Positions 51,614-61,605 of a stretch of DNA of 64,000 nucleotides are shown here, piece by piece. Origin of the DNA: an uncultured delta proteobacterium. GTDB lineage: Bacteria; Desulfobacterota; Binatia; DP-6. A program made the translations under genes and the position numbers. Position 1 is the first letter of the stretch. The number at the start of each line of letters is the position of its first letter. The stretch lies in contig CAWFFN010000005.1 of assembly GCA_963815115.1 (NCBI GenBank), forward strand, positions 1,440,001 through 1,504,000, given 5' to 3'. Below the pieces are notes generated by a model that saw only the letters and a program-made list of their open reading frames with translations, made no database searches and was not told where the DNA came from.

Positions 51614-52825
51614 ATGACGACACGCGCCATGCTCGTGCTCACGGTTGCACTCGCTGCGATCGCGGTCGCCGCGGACTACGAGAAGCCCCCGGTCCTGTCG
51701 GCAAAGGACATCGTGCCCTCGGCGATCCTCGCCGGGAAGGGCTACAGGATCGACGACAAGGTCCCGACTGACGGGCTGCTCGGTCGGTACACCATCCGCT
51801 CCGCCGCCGGCACGTTTCCCGCCCACGGTCTCGAGATGCTCGCGGTGCGGGTCACCGAGCTACCCGCGATCCAGCACCTCAAGGGTGTCAGCCACAGCAA
51901 GGTCTTCCTCACGGCCGCCCGCAACGCCGCCGAGAAGCCGGTCAAGGCGGCCGTCAACATGGTGACCCACCCGAAGGAGACGGTGCAGGGACTTCCCGCC
52001 GGAGTCGGGCGCTTCTTCGATCGCGTCCAGTCGGGTGCGAACCGGCTGGCCGAAGCCGCGTCGAGCCCCGGATCGGGCGAGGACCGCGCCGGCGCCATCC
52101 TCAAGGGTGGCGGAACGGCCGCGCGCGACGCGCTCGGATACGAGCAGGAGCGGCGCTCGCTCGCCAAGGAGCTGAAAGTCGATCCGTACACGAGCAACTC
52201 CGTCCTCGCGAAGCAGCTCGACGACGTGGCGTGGGCATCGTTCTCCGGACGCCTGGGCACGAACGTGGTCATGGCGGTCGTGGTTCCGGGCTCGATCGCC
52301 ATCAGCGCGACGTCCTTCACGAACGACCTCGTCTGGGACACGCCGCGGGGCGATCTGATCGTGCGCAACGAGACCGCCCTGAAGGACCTCCAGGTTCCCG
52401 AGGCACCCGCGCGCGCGTTCATGAAGAACGCGGCGATCCCCTTGAGCGTCAAGACCGACCTGGTGCAGGGCCTGGAGAAACTCGGCGACGTCAAGGGCCG
52501 CGCGAAGGTGGTTACGCTCGCCGCGACCGCACGCTCGGAGGAGCAGGCGCGCTTCCTTGTCACCGCCGTTCGCCTGCTCGGGAAGGCACACGCACTGGAC
52601 GAGGTGACGGCGACCGGCACGGTCGTCGGCCGGGAGAAGGGCGGTGGCATCGTCGTCCCTGCGCCGGTCGACTACGTGTCGTGGACCGAGCGTGTGGCGC
52701 GCTTCGCCAATCGCGCCGACCTGAAGGCGTCGGAGCGCAGCATCTGGCTCACGGGAAAGATGTCGCCGCGGGCCCGACGGGAATTCGAAGCGCTCGGCTG
52801 GAAGGTGAACGAGGACGTGCGATAG
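51614..52825 (+). CDS. secreted hypothetical protein
   Basis: Signal peptide MTTRAMLVLTVALAAIAVAA; long ORF with strong GC3-biased codons. Confidence 0.75.
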   Translation: MTTRAMLVLTVALAAIAVAADYEKPPVLSAKDIVPSAILAGKGYRIDDKVPTDGLLGRYTIRSAAGTFPAHGLEMLAVRVTELPAIQHLKGVSHSKVFLTAARNAAEKPVKAAVNMVTHPKETVQGLPAGVGRFFDRVQSGANRLAEAASSPGSGEDRAGAILKGGGTAARDALGYEQERRSLAKELKVDPYTSNSVLAKQLDDVAWASFSGRLGTNVVMAVVVPGSIAISATSFTNDLVWDTPRGDLIVRNETALKDLQVPEAPARAFMKNAAIPLSVKTDLVQGLEKLGDVKGRAKVVTLAATARSEEQARFLVTAVRLLGKAHALDEVTATGTVVGREKGGGIVVPAPVDYVSWTERVARFANRADLKASERSIWLTGKMSPRARREFEALGWKVNEDVR

Positions 52826-52950
52826 CGGGTACGCCCCAGGTTCCCGACGTCGTGCCCGGTATCGGCAGCAACAAGGCGTCTGCGCGGGCGCATCGCTCAT
52901 CGGCGCTTTTCCTTGACCCGTCCCTTCGCGGTGTCTTAGCACCCTGAACA

Positions 52951-55761
52951 ATGACTCGAGGGCGGACGCCGGGAGCTGTGAGCCTGGGGGGCCTCGTCAT
53001 CGTTGCGCTCCTGGTGGCATCACCCGCACGCGCGCTCGTCATCGAGGCCGGCAGCGTGAAGCTCGCCTCGCGCTCGGACGACGTTCGGGTGAAGGGACGC
53101 TACGACGGCGTCACGATCGACGGCGCTGCGGCAGTCGTGGTGACGATCGATCGCGTGTCCCTGCGAGTGCCGCTCGCGTCGTTCGCCCGCAAGCGGAGCA
53201 TCCTGACCCATCGCGGCCCGGGCGGACCGGGGCAGATCTCGCGCCTCCGGATCGACCTTCGCAAGCGACGCTTCCTGTTCACCGCCACGGGCTGGGCGCT
53301 CGCCGGTCTCTCGAACCCGTTCAGGTTCGCGATCGGCACCGACGCCGCCACCGACTGCAGCATGGCCCGGCTGCGTGGCCGCGCCGGTCGGCGTCGCAAG
53401 CGCCCCACGATCCGGCTGGCGGTCGTCCGCGCGGACGCCTGCGGTGGCCTGGGGATCCCGCGCGTGAGGCCGGTCACCGTTCCCGTCGGCGTCTCGACCG
53501 AGGTGCGCGTCCGGGTCGACGTCCCGGCGGGGGCCGGTCTGGACACCGCGAGCGTCCGTCTCTTCCGGACCGACGGCGCCGGGAGCCCGGCCGGCGACGC
53601 GCTGTGCACGATGTCGCCGGACCCCGCCGCTCCCGGTGCCTTCGGCTGCTCGACCACGGTCGCCGAGGCGGCCGCGTCGCTCGTCCCCCTCGTCGTCACG
53701 GGCCGGGCGGCCGGGGCGGACGTCTCCTCGCCCGGCGTGACGCTGCCGGTCGTCGCGCCGCCGACCGATCAGGACCTGACGGCGGTCGGCGCCGCGGCCG
53801 AGGAGGCCGAGGCCCTCTGGGAGCAGAGCCGGGACCGCCTCGGCGACACGCTCGCCGCACGGATGGAGACGCTGCGCGCGCTGGGCGGCGTACCCGGCAT
53901 CATGGACGCGGCGCTCAGTCCGGACGGTATCGACATCGTGATGCGCTATACGACGGGCTGGCTCGGCGGTCTCGTGCTGAACCGCCCCGCCGAGGATGGC
54001 GGCGCAGCGCAATCCGTCCCTCGTCCGGAGAAGGCGACGCCCTCCGCACACCTCGCCGGATCGGGTACCCCGCTCAGCGTCTTCCGCTCGTGTCCCGCCG
54101 AGGGGTCCGGCGTCTGCTGCACATCGTCGACGGCGCGCGCGCCGCTCCTCGGCCGGCGCGTGCTCATCTGGTATCCGGGCTTCTTCAAGGTGGAGGACGG
54201 CCCGATCGCGCAGCAGAAGTTCGCTGCCGGCGCCTGCCTCGGCTTCGGCAAGCCGCACATCGTGACCGGCGCCGCGGCCGATGTGGCCTCCGTGCTCGAC
54301 TTCCCGAACTACGAGACCGTCGTGATCTCGAGCCATGGCATCGTGGACGGATACGACCGCGTCGTGCTGGTCACGGCCGAGGGCGGCACGCTGGAGTCGC
54401 TACGAAGCGAGGAGAAGCGGCTCGCCGACGGTGACGTCGAGGTCGAGGTGTTGCCGGTGAGCAAAACGCAGGGCCTGCTCGGGGTCTCGGAGGATTTCAT
54501 CGCCGCCATCCCCGGCCGCTTCCCGCCCAACGCCATCGTGTACGCCAGCCATTGCTACAGCGCGTACAAGAATGGAGCGCTTCCCTACGGAACACTCGGC
54601 GTCGGCGTCCACTTCGGCTACGACTGGACGACGCACCAAGACTACACCTCGTCGGTCGTGGGGCAGCTCTTCGAGCACCTGGTGAAGCGGTACGAGACGA
54701 CCGGCGACGCATACGACGCCGTCTCGCCCAAGGTCGACCCGCACGCGCTCTTCGGGCACGTTCCCGATCCGACCTCGTTCCGCACGCTCGCCGAGCTGGC
54801 CCAGGCGAACTTCGTGCCCACGGGACTCCGCATCATCGCCTACGTGGGAGCGGCGAGCGTCACGCCGCAGACGTCCGACCTGGCCCCGGGCGAGCAGGCC
54901 GTGCTCCGGGCCGACGCCCAGGGCAGGGGGTCGTGCGAGCTCACCTTCCACTGGAAGAACACCGCCGAGCACGGACACCTCACCGGCGATGGGCCGCCCG
55001 ACGACTTCGAGGGCATGCAGGACGAGGCGACGTACACCGCCAACGACTCGTCGAACGACGAGGGCATCGACGACGTCGGGGTCGAGCTGACCCCGCCGGA
55101 CGGCGGCAATCCGATCGGCGTCGCCTGCGCGGACGTCGACACGAAGGGCGGCTGCGGTGACGGCGTGCGCCAGGATCCCGAGCAGTGTGATGGGACGGAC
55201 GATGCGGCGTGCCCGGGGGAGTGCACGGCCTCGTGTCTCTGCGGCACGCGCTGCGGCGACAACCACGTCGACCCGGGCGAGATCTGCGACGGTACCGACG
55301 CCGACGTGTGCCCGGGCAAGTGCAAGTCCGACTGCACGTGCGCGATCTGCGGCAACAGCACGACCGATGCGCCGTTCGAGGAGTGTGATCGCTCCGATGA
55401 CGCCGCGTGTCCCGGCCGCTGCACCGCGGACTGCCGGTGCGGGTGCACTCCCGGCGATCCGAGCAGCTGCCCTGGTCAGTGCTGCGATCCGCTCGACCAC
55501 CTGTGCGGATACCCGGCGCGCACTGCGAGCGATCCGCCCGTGGGATCGCCGGGCGCCTACTACACCGCGTCCGGCTGCTGCGGCAACGCGCAGCTCCCGC
55601 CGGACTTCTGCGGTGGGCCGGGTGGCTTGGCCGTCTGTCCGACCACGTGCGAGGAGAAGCCACAGCGCAGCTATGAATGCCTGTACTGCGACGGCAAGCT
55701 GCTCGAGTGGATCTGCGGCGCCGACAGCTGCACTGACTGCTCGGGGCCGAGCTGCAAGTAG
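52951..55761 (+). CDS. large secreted protein with candidate clan-CD peptidase domain and Myxococcales-type Cys-rich repeats
   Basis: Signal peptide; VVISSHG...IVYASHCYS; three CG(D/N)...E.CD..D...CPG.C...C.C repeats. Confidence 0.75.
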   Translation: MTRGRTPGAVSLGGLVIVALLVASPARALVIEAGSVKLASRSDDVRVKGRYDGVTIDGAAAVVVTIDRVSLRVPLASFARKRSILTHRGPGGPGQISRLRIDLRKRRFLFTATGWALAGLSNPFRFAIGTDAATDCSMARLRGRAGRRRKRPTIRLAVVRADACGGLGIPRVRPVTVPVGVSTEVRVRVDVPAGAGLDTASVRLFRTDGAGSPAGDALCTMSPDPAAPGAFGCSTTVAEAAASLVPLVVTGRAAGADVSSPGVTLPVVAPPTDQDLTAVGAAAEEAEALWEQSRDRLGDTLAARMETLRALGGVPGIMDAALSPDGIDIVMRYTTGWLGGLVLNRPAEDGGAAQSVPRPEKATPSAHLAGSGTPLSVFRSCPAEGSGVCCTSSTARAPLLGRRVLIWYPGFFKVEDGPIAQQKFAAGACLGFGKPHIVTGAAADVASVLDFPNYETVVISSHGIVDGYDRVVLVTAEGGTLESLRSEEKRLADGDVEVEVLPVSKTQGLLGVSEDFIAAIPGRFPPNAIVYASHCYSAYKNGALPYGTLGVGVHFGYDWTTHQDYTSSVVGQLFEHLVKRYETTGDAYDAVSPKVDPHALFGHVPDPTSFRTLAELAQANFVPTGLRIIAYVGAASVTPQTSDLAPGEQAVLRADAQGRGSCELTFHWKNTAEHGHLTGDGPPDDFEGMQDEATYTANDSSNDEGIDDVGVELTPPDGGNPIGVACADVDTKGGCGDGVRQDPEQCDGTDDAACPGECTASCLCGTRCGDNHVDPGEICDGTDADVCPGKCKSDCTCAICGNSTTDAPFEECDRSDDAACPGRCTADCRCGCTPGDPSSCPGQCCDPLDHLCGYPARTASDPPVGSPGAYYTASGCCGNAQLPPDFCGGPGGLAVCPTTCEEKPQRSYECLYCDGKLLEWICGADSCTDCSGPSCK

Positions 55762-55972
55762 CGTGGCCGGCCGCACTCGTCAGACTTCATCCCATACCGA
55801 GAGCCGAACGGCCGCCAGGTAGCGGCCCGCTACCCGAGAAGTAGCGCACCTCTCGGGAGGGTCCCATGGGAGGCGGCCGGCGACGCGCGAGCCCCATCAG
55901 CAATCTCCTCGGGGTCGAAGTTCCCCTGGCCCGATGGTCGCCTTCGCAGACCCGGAGGATTTGAGGTGACGT

Positions 55973-56815
55973 ATGGAACAGAACCGGCAAGGTGACGTCA
56001 GAGGCGAGTATGCTCTCGCAACCGGCGAGGCGGCTACGCACCGGCTTCGGGTGTTGCATGGCCTCTACGGGGCGGGCGCCCGCCGTGTCCTTCTTCGGGC
56101 TGGGATCGGGCGCGGGATGCGGGTCGCCGACCTGGGATGCGGCATAGGCATGGTGACGACGCTCTTGGCCGAACTCGTCGGTCCCGACGGGCAGGTGGTC
56201 GGAGTGGACGCCAGCGGCGAGCAGATCGCTCGAGCGCGCGAGCTGTTGCCCCCCGGCGTCTCGAACGTCAGCTTCATCCAGGCGAGCGCGGCCGACACCG
56301 GATTGCCCGCCGAGTCATTTGACCTCGTCTATTCCCGCTTCCTCTTGCTTCACCTCACCGAGCCCGAGGAGGCCCTGCGGGAGATGCATGGTTTGCTCCG
56401 GCGGGACGGTGTCCTGGTCTGCGAGGACGGCGATCTGACGTCGGCAGGCAGTCATCCTCCTTCGGCGCTCGACGCCTTCGCCGACCTCTGGGGCCGTCTG
56501 GGTCCCACTCGCGGGCTGGACTACACGGTCGGTCGCGATCTCTTTCGGATGATTCTCGCGGCCAATTTCTCCAGCCCGGAGATCACCTTCAACCAACCCG
56601 TGGTGGCTCGCGGCGAGAACAAGCGATTCCTGGAGTGGTCGGTGGCAGAAGCCGGTCCAGCGTTCCTTGCCGCAGGACTCGTCACGCGCGGCGAGCTGGC
56701 TCGCCTGCTGGGCGAGATGCAGCGGATCGCGGAGGATGAAACGGTACTCGCTCTGATGCCGCGGATGAGCCAGGTATGGGCGCGAAAACTCGTTCCGTGC
56801 GCATCGGCGGCGTAG
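55973..56815 (+). CDS. class I SAM-dependent methyltransferase
   Basis: GAGG RBS, RVADLGCGIG, VGVD, SFDLVYSRFLLLHL. Confidence 0.88.
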   Translation: MEQNRQGDVRGEYALATGEAATHRLRVLHGLYGAGARRVLLRAGIGRGMRVADLGCGIGMVTTLLAELVGPDGQVVGVDASGEQIARARELLPPGVSNVSFIQASAADTGLPAESFDLVYSRFLLLHLTEPEEALREMHGLLRRDGVLVCEDGDLTSAGSHPPSALDAFADLWGRLGPTRGLDYTVGRDLFRMILAANFSSPEITFNQPVVARGENKRFLEWSVAEAGPAFLAAGLVTRGELARLLGEMQRIAEDETVLALMPRMSQVWARKLVPCASAA

Positions 56816-56866
56816 CACTCCAGCGCCGTCTCGCGCCCTGGGCTGCGACGGTGCGGCCGGGCGGCC

Positions 56867-57313
56867 TCAGGCAGGATACTTGCCGGTGATGTAGTTCTCG
56901 AGGTGCTGGATGGTCTCCTCCTGCTCGGAGATGATCGACTTCACCAGGTCGCCGATGGAGACCACGCCCACCACTTCGTCGCCCTCGAGCACCGGGAGAT
57001 GCCGCACCCGGTTCGCGGTCATGAGAGCCATGCACGCGTCGATCGTGTGATCGCGGGTCACCGAGATGACCGCGCTCGTCATGATCTCGCCCACCCGCGT
57101 CTCCTTGGAGGATCTCCCTTTGAGGATGACCTTGCGGGCGTAGTCGCGCTCGGAGACCACCCCCACGAGCCGGCCCTCGTCGATCACCAGCAGGGCTCCC
57201 ACACCTCTTTCGGCCATCATCTCGATGGCCTCGTAGACGGAGGCGCTCGGGAGCAGCGACCAGACCTCGGCTCCCTTGTGCTTGAGCACGGTGGAGATCG
57301 TGACCACCAGCAT
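56867..57313 (-). CDS. CBS-domain protein
   Basis: [36 protein letters not shown]. Start is approximate. Confidence 0.9.
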   Translation of the reverse strand: MLVVTISTVLKHKGAEVWSLLPSASVYEAIEMMAERGVGALLVIDEGRLVGVVSERDYARKVILKGRSSKETRVGEIMTSAVISVTRDHTIDACMALMTANRVRHLPVLEGDEVVGVVSIGDLVKSIISEQEETIQHLENYITGKYPA

Positions 57314-57428
57314 CCTGGCCCTCTCTCGCGCGTCCGGGCGCGCCTTCATGCCTAATACGATGGCTCTGCCTCGGACTGCAAGAGCGGTTCGCCCCGGTCG
57401 CGCGGACGAGATCACACACCCGGCCCCT

Positions 57429-58109
57429 CTATCGGACGACGCCCGGCGTATCCGTCGCAACCACCTGACAGCGCAATTCGAACGGATGCGCGATCGGCTG
57501 CGGCGGCTCCGGCGGAGTCCCCTGGGCTTCGCTCCACCATCCGAACGCCCCCTCGCGGGTCGCACTCGCGACGACCCACGGGCTCCAGGTGTCGGGCGCC
57601 TCGTTTCCGAGACGTGGCAGATGGAACAGCTCGAGCGCATCGTGCCGCGTCGGCTGCCCGGAGTCGGGCCACGCCACCTGGACGCCGTAGCTCGTGCGGC
57701 CCTCGACATCCGCCTGCCCCAACACGTCGTCGATCGCCCACACACGGAACTGGTCGCGGACCTCGAAGGTCACCGACTGGAGGCCTCCCGTCCGGACGCT
57801 CTCGGGCTCGAACAGCTGGACCGACAGCAGGCTGCCGCGCTCGTCCGTCATGAGCGGATCGGGCAGGTCGCGCGCGACCGGCACCCGCAGCTCGCAGTGG
57901 CGATTCACCCAGTTGCCGGTGACGCGATCGCGAACGTACACGAAGTTGGTGCGCGTCGTGCGGAAGTGTTCCGCGACGTAGCGGCTCGACGGCCCTGCGG
58001 CCGGGCACGCGACGACGGTCGCGAGGCAGGCTGCGCCGGCGAGGGCCGTTCCGCCACGTCGGATCAGGACCCTCCTCGCAGGCGCCCTGACCGGATCGAG
58101 CGTCGTCAT
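57429..58109 (-). CDS. hypothetical exported protein
   Basis: Hydrophobic N-terminus with possible lipobox VVAC; co-oriented with flanking genes. Confidence 0.55.
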   Translation of the reverse strand: MTTLDPVRAPARRVLIRRGGTALAGAACLATVVACPAAGPSSRYVAEHFRTTRTNFVYVRDRVTGNWVNRHCELRVPVARDLPDPLMTDERGSLLSVQLFEPESVRTGGLQSVTFEVRDQFRVWAIDDVLGQADVEGRTSYGVQVAWPDSGQPTRHDALELFHLPRLGNEAPDTWSPWVVASATREGAFGWWSEAQGTPPEPPQPIAHPFELRCQVVATDTPGVVR

Positions 58110-58139
58110 CGCAACCGTCCAGCTTCAGGCACGCCGGTT

Positions 58140-61100
58140 CTATCGTGCAGAGCGCGGCCGGAATCGAGCCCGCAACACGGCGCCGTGCGGACGCGGCGGG
58201 CCGGGCGCGCTAGAGAGCTCCCAGGAGACCGGCTGCGTCGGGTCGGGCTCGTAGACGCACAGGATCCCCGTCCGGACGCTCCGCTCGAGGTGGTGTCCGA
58301 GCGTCGGGCTCTCCTCCGCGATCCGGCGGACGGCGCCGCGGATCGCCTTGGTGACGGCGGTCCGCGCCCGCTCGGCGGGTGAGCCGGCCTGGCGGAAACG
58401 GCCGCCGAGGCCGACGGCGCTGGCGATGGTCGTCGTCAGCCACTCGATCTCGGCCTCGATGGGCGCGATCCGCCCGAGGTCGTGCTCCGCCGACGACTCG
58501 TCGAGCGCCGTGCGGAGCGCGGCGAGGCGGCTCGCGTACTCGGCGCGGCTTCGCTCGTCGAGCACCGGCTCGGCGGGACCCCGCCGGCCGGGCGACCCGG
58601 GTCCGGTACCGGCTCTGCCCGTCCCGACGAGCTCCGTCGCCGCGAAGGCTTGCCGCGGGTGGCCGACGAGCAGATGCAGGTAGCCGAGCCCCCGGGCATC
58701 TCGCAGGCGGACGACGTGCTCGCCGCTGCCGACCGTCCAGTACTCCCCCTCGAGACGGAAGACCCACCGGTGCGTGGCCGCGTGCGTTCCATGGACCGCG
58801 CAGGGCGGGGCGGTGCCGAGCCGCTCGAGGCGCGCCACGAGCCGCACGATGCCGAGCGCCCGGGCGGTCGCGAGCGCACCGTCGAGCAGTTCCTGCGCGC
58901 GGGCGCGGTCGGCGGGGGCTCCGCGGGCAAGCAGCATCTCGCCCCACGCCGCCCGGGTCTGGGCGACGAAGGGCGCGGCTCCCGTCCGGGAGTCGGCCGC
59001 CTCGGCTCGCGCGAAGTGGTCCGCCGCGACGTCCACGTTCCCCTGCGTCGCCGCCAGGTGACCGAGGTAGCGCTCCACGGAGCCGAAGCACGCGGAGTGG
59101 GCGACGACGATGTGCAGGTGGGCGTGGGGCTCGAGCAGCCGGTAGAGGACCGCGGCGCGCGGCGTGTCGGCGAGCAGCGCGGCGGTCTCGGACGTGTTCA
59201 TCATCGCCGGGAACCAGTTGCCATCTCGCGGGACGCCGCCGAAGTCGTCGGCGGCGAGGAGATCGAGCTCGCGACGCGCTTCCTCGACCCGTCCGAGCTC
59301 CGCGCACACGCGCGCGAAGGCCGAGCGCCAGACCGGCAGCATCGGGAAGCGCTCGGCGAGCTCGCCCATCGTTCCGACGACGTCCTCGAGCGCACCCGGC
59401 CGGCCGCCCTCGAGCGCGAGGGCGACCCGCTGCACGGCGAAGAACTGGAGGGCGGTGACGCCCTGGCGCTCCTCGATCGCCGCGGCCTCGCGCGAGAGCG
59501 CGGCGGCACGCTCGAAGTCGCCGCGCATGAGCGCGCGCGCGGCACGGAGGAGCCGCGCCCGCCAGCGGAACTCGGGAAGCCGGAGGCCGTCGGCGAGGTC
59601 GGCGTAGCCCGCGATCTCCCGGTCGGCCGCGCCGACGTCGCCGTGCTCGAGGAGGTGCGCGACGTACCAGCCGGTCGCGACCAGCTCCACCTCGCGGAGC
59701 CCGAGGCTCGCGGCGACGCGCGCCGCTTCCGCGGTGAGCGCGAGCCCCTCGTCCGGCGTGTCCGGACCCCAGATGGTGAAGTGTCGCCGGATGAGGGCGG
59801 TCGCGAGGACGTCCGGCCGCCCGAGGCGACGCGCCATCTCCACCGCCTCGCCGGCGAGCGCGGCGCCCCGCGCCCGCGCCTTCGTGAAGTAGAGCGCCTC
59901 CCCGAGGCGCCCGAGCAGGTGGGCGCGCAGCGGCACCTCCGCCGGGCCGATGGCCGCGAGCGCGTCCTCCAGCAGGTCGACCAGCCGGCGATCCGGGCCG
60001 CCCGACTCGGTCGGCGCCGAGTGCCCGAGGCCGAGCGCGGAGCGGGCGAGCAGCTCTGCGTTTCCGAGCCGGCGCGCGGCGGCGGCGGCCTCCGCGAAGG
60101 TGGCACGTGCCCGCGCCGGGTCGGCCGCCCGGCGGTACGCCTCGCCCAGCACGAGGAGGATGGGAACGCGCTCCGTCTCCCCCGACCCGTGGGCGGCGAG
60201 CGCCGCGAGCGCAAGCTCGCAGTGCCGGGCGGCCTCCTCGGGCGCGAGGCGCGCGAGCGCGTGCTCGGCGGCGCGCCGCGCGTAGCCGGCTGCGCGCTCG
60301 ACGTCGCCTGCGCCGGCCGCCTCGAGATGGTGGTGCGCGATGGTCGCGAGGTGCGGCTCGAGGTGGCCCGCATGCAGACGCTCGAGGGTCTCACCGGCCT
60401 CGCGATGCCGCCGCAGACGCTCGGCGGGTCGCAGGTCCTCGTAGTGCGCGTCGCGCACCAGCACGTGGGCGAAACGGAAGCGGCCGGGATGCCCGGCGAC
60501 GGGGGCCAGGAGACCGAGGTCGATGGCGTCGGCCAGCAGCTCGACCAGGCGTGCGGCCGGCGTCTCCGCGAGCCCGGCCAGCACCGGAAGGTCGAACTGC
60601 CGCCCGAGCACCGCCGCGAGCCGCAGCACGTCGCGCGCCTCGGGCGCCAGTGGAGCGCAGCGCTGGCGGATCGCATCGCGCACGCCGTCGGGAATGGGGA
60701 GCGGCGCGGGTCGATCGATGCCCCGGGGACCCTGCTCGACGAGCAGCAGCCGAACGAGCTCGTCGACGAAGAACGGGTTCCCGCCCGTCGCCTCGTGGAT
60801 CGCCCGCACGGTCTGGGGCGTGAGCGCACGGCCCGCCCGGCCGCCGGCGAGCGCCGCCACCTCGGTCTCGTCGAGGCCGCGGAGCGAGAGGGTACGCCCC
60901 TCCCGCGCGAGCCGCGCGAAGAGCTCGGCCGTCGCCGGGGAGCTGCGGATCTCCGTCTCGCGCATGAGGCCGAGCACGAGGAGCCGGCTCGCGGGCGCCG
61001 TCCGCGCCACGAAGAGGAGGAGCAGGAGTGACGGGGAATCGGCGGCGTGGAGGTCGTCGAGCACGAGCAGCGTGGGCGTCGCCCCCGCCGCCTCCCGCAG

Positions 61101-61544
61101 GAGCGCCGCCGTCGCGTCGAAGAGCAGGAAGCGGGCGCGTTCGGCCTCGACCTCCGGGGGCCGTGACTGCCGCGGGAGACGCTCGGCCAGCTCCGGCAGG
61201 AGCCGGACCAGCTCGCGGCTGCGGTCGCCGAGCGCCAGCAGGAGCGCGTCGCTACCGACCTCGTCCATCAGCGCGCGCACCGCCTGCACCCACGGCCAGA
61301 AGGGCGGCGCTCCGCCGCTCTCCCACGCCCGGCCCCAGAGCACCGGCATCTGCCGCTCGCGCGCCCGGGCCGCCAGCTCGATCGCAAGCCGCGTCTTCCC
61401 GATGCCCGGCTCGCCGGAGACGAGCACGAGCCCGCCTTGCCCGGCACACGTGCGGGCGAGCGCGTCGGCGAGGATCCCGATCTCGAACTGCCGGCCGACG
61501 AACGACGGCGATCCGGCCGGCGCGCCTGGCACCTCGGGCTGCAC
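58140..61544 (-). CDS. STAND-type AAA ATPase/TPR transcriptional regulator-like protein
   Basis: FVGR, GEPGIGKT, LVLDDLH.AD, TGGNPFF, RFAH.LVR, helical repeats, C-terminal ERARTAVTKAIR..SVRTG domain. Confidence 0.85.
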   Translation of the reverse strand: MQPEVPGAPAGSPSFVGRQFEIGILADALARTCAGQGGLVLVSGEPGIGKTRLAIELAARARERQMPVLWGRAWESGGAPPFWPWVQAVRALMDEVGSDALLLALGDRSRELVRLLPELAERLPRQSRPPEVEAERARFLLFDATAALLREAAGATPTLLVLDDLHAADSPSLLLLLFVARTAPASRLLVLGLMRETEIRSSPATAELFARLAREGRTLSLRGLDETEVAALAGGRAGRALTPQTVRAIHEATGGNPFFVDELVRLLLVEQGPRGIDRPAPLPIPDGVRDAIRQRCAPLAPEARDVLRLAAVLGRQFDLPVLAGLAETPAARLVELLADAIDLGLLAPVAGHPGRFRFAHVLVRDAHYEDLRPAERLRRHREAGETLERLHAGHLEPHLATIAHHHLEAAGAGDVERAAGYARRAAEHALARLAPEEAARHCELALAALAAHGSGETERVPILLVLGEAYRRAADPARARATFAEAAAAARRLGNAELLARSALGLGHSAPTESGGPDRRLVDLLEDALAAIGPAEVPLRAHLLGRLGEALYFTKARARGAALAGEAVEMARRLGRPDVLATALIRRHFTIWGPDTPDEGLALTAEAARVAASLGLREVELVATGWYVAHLLEHGDVGAADREIAGYADLADGLRLPEFRWRARLLRAARALMRGDFERAAALSREAAAIEERQGVTALQFFAVQRVALALEGGRPGALEDVVGTMGELAERFPMLPVWRSAFARVCAELGRVEEARRELDLLAADDFGGVPRDGNWFPAMMNTSETAALLADTPRAAVLYRLLEPHAHLHIVVAHSACFGSVERYLGHLAATQGNVDVAADHFARAEAADSRTGAAPFVAQTRAAWGEMLLARGAPADRARAQELLDGALATARALGIVRLVARLERLGTAPPCAVHGTHAATHRWVFRLEGEYWTVGSGEHVVRLRDARGLGYLHLLVGHPRQAFAATELVGTGRAGTGPGSPGRRGPAEPVLDERSRAEYASRLAALRTALDESSAEHDLGRIAPIEAEIEWLTTTIASAVGLGGRFRQAGSPAERARTAVTKAIRGAVRRIAEESPTLGHHLERSVRTGILCVYEPDPTQPVSWELSSAPGPPRPHGAVLRARFRPRSAR

Positions 61545-61605
61545 CCCGCCGGTCTATTACCTGACGGCGGGGTGGCGGTGCCAGGGCGAAGGAAGAGATG
61601 CAGCG

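Noticed and set aside
55150-55450. Periodic repeats resembling an array
   Set aside because: They are degenerate coding Cys-rich protein repeats, not CRISPR repeat-spacer units, and no cas genes are present.
55780-55960. Hairpin ggtagcgg-cc-cgctacc as a possible riboswitch or terminator
   Set aside because: The stem is short, has no U-tract and matches no riboswitch consensus I can recognise.
58140-61544. STAND ATPase as an Avs-type antiphage system
   Set aside because: No nuclease, TIR, SIR2 or protease effector domain is visible, and the architecture fits AAA_16/TPR transcriptional regulators.
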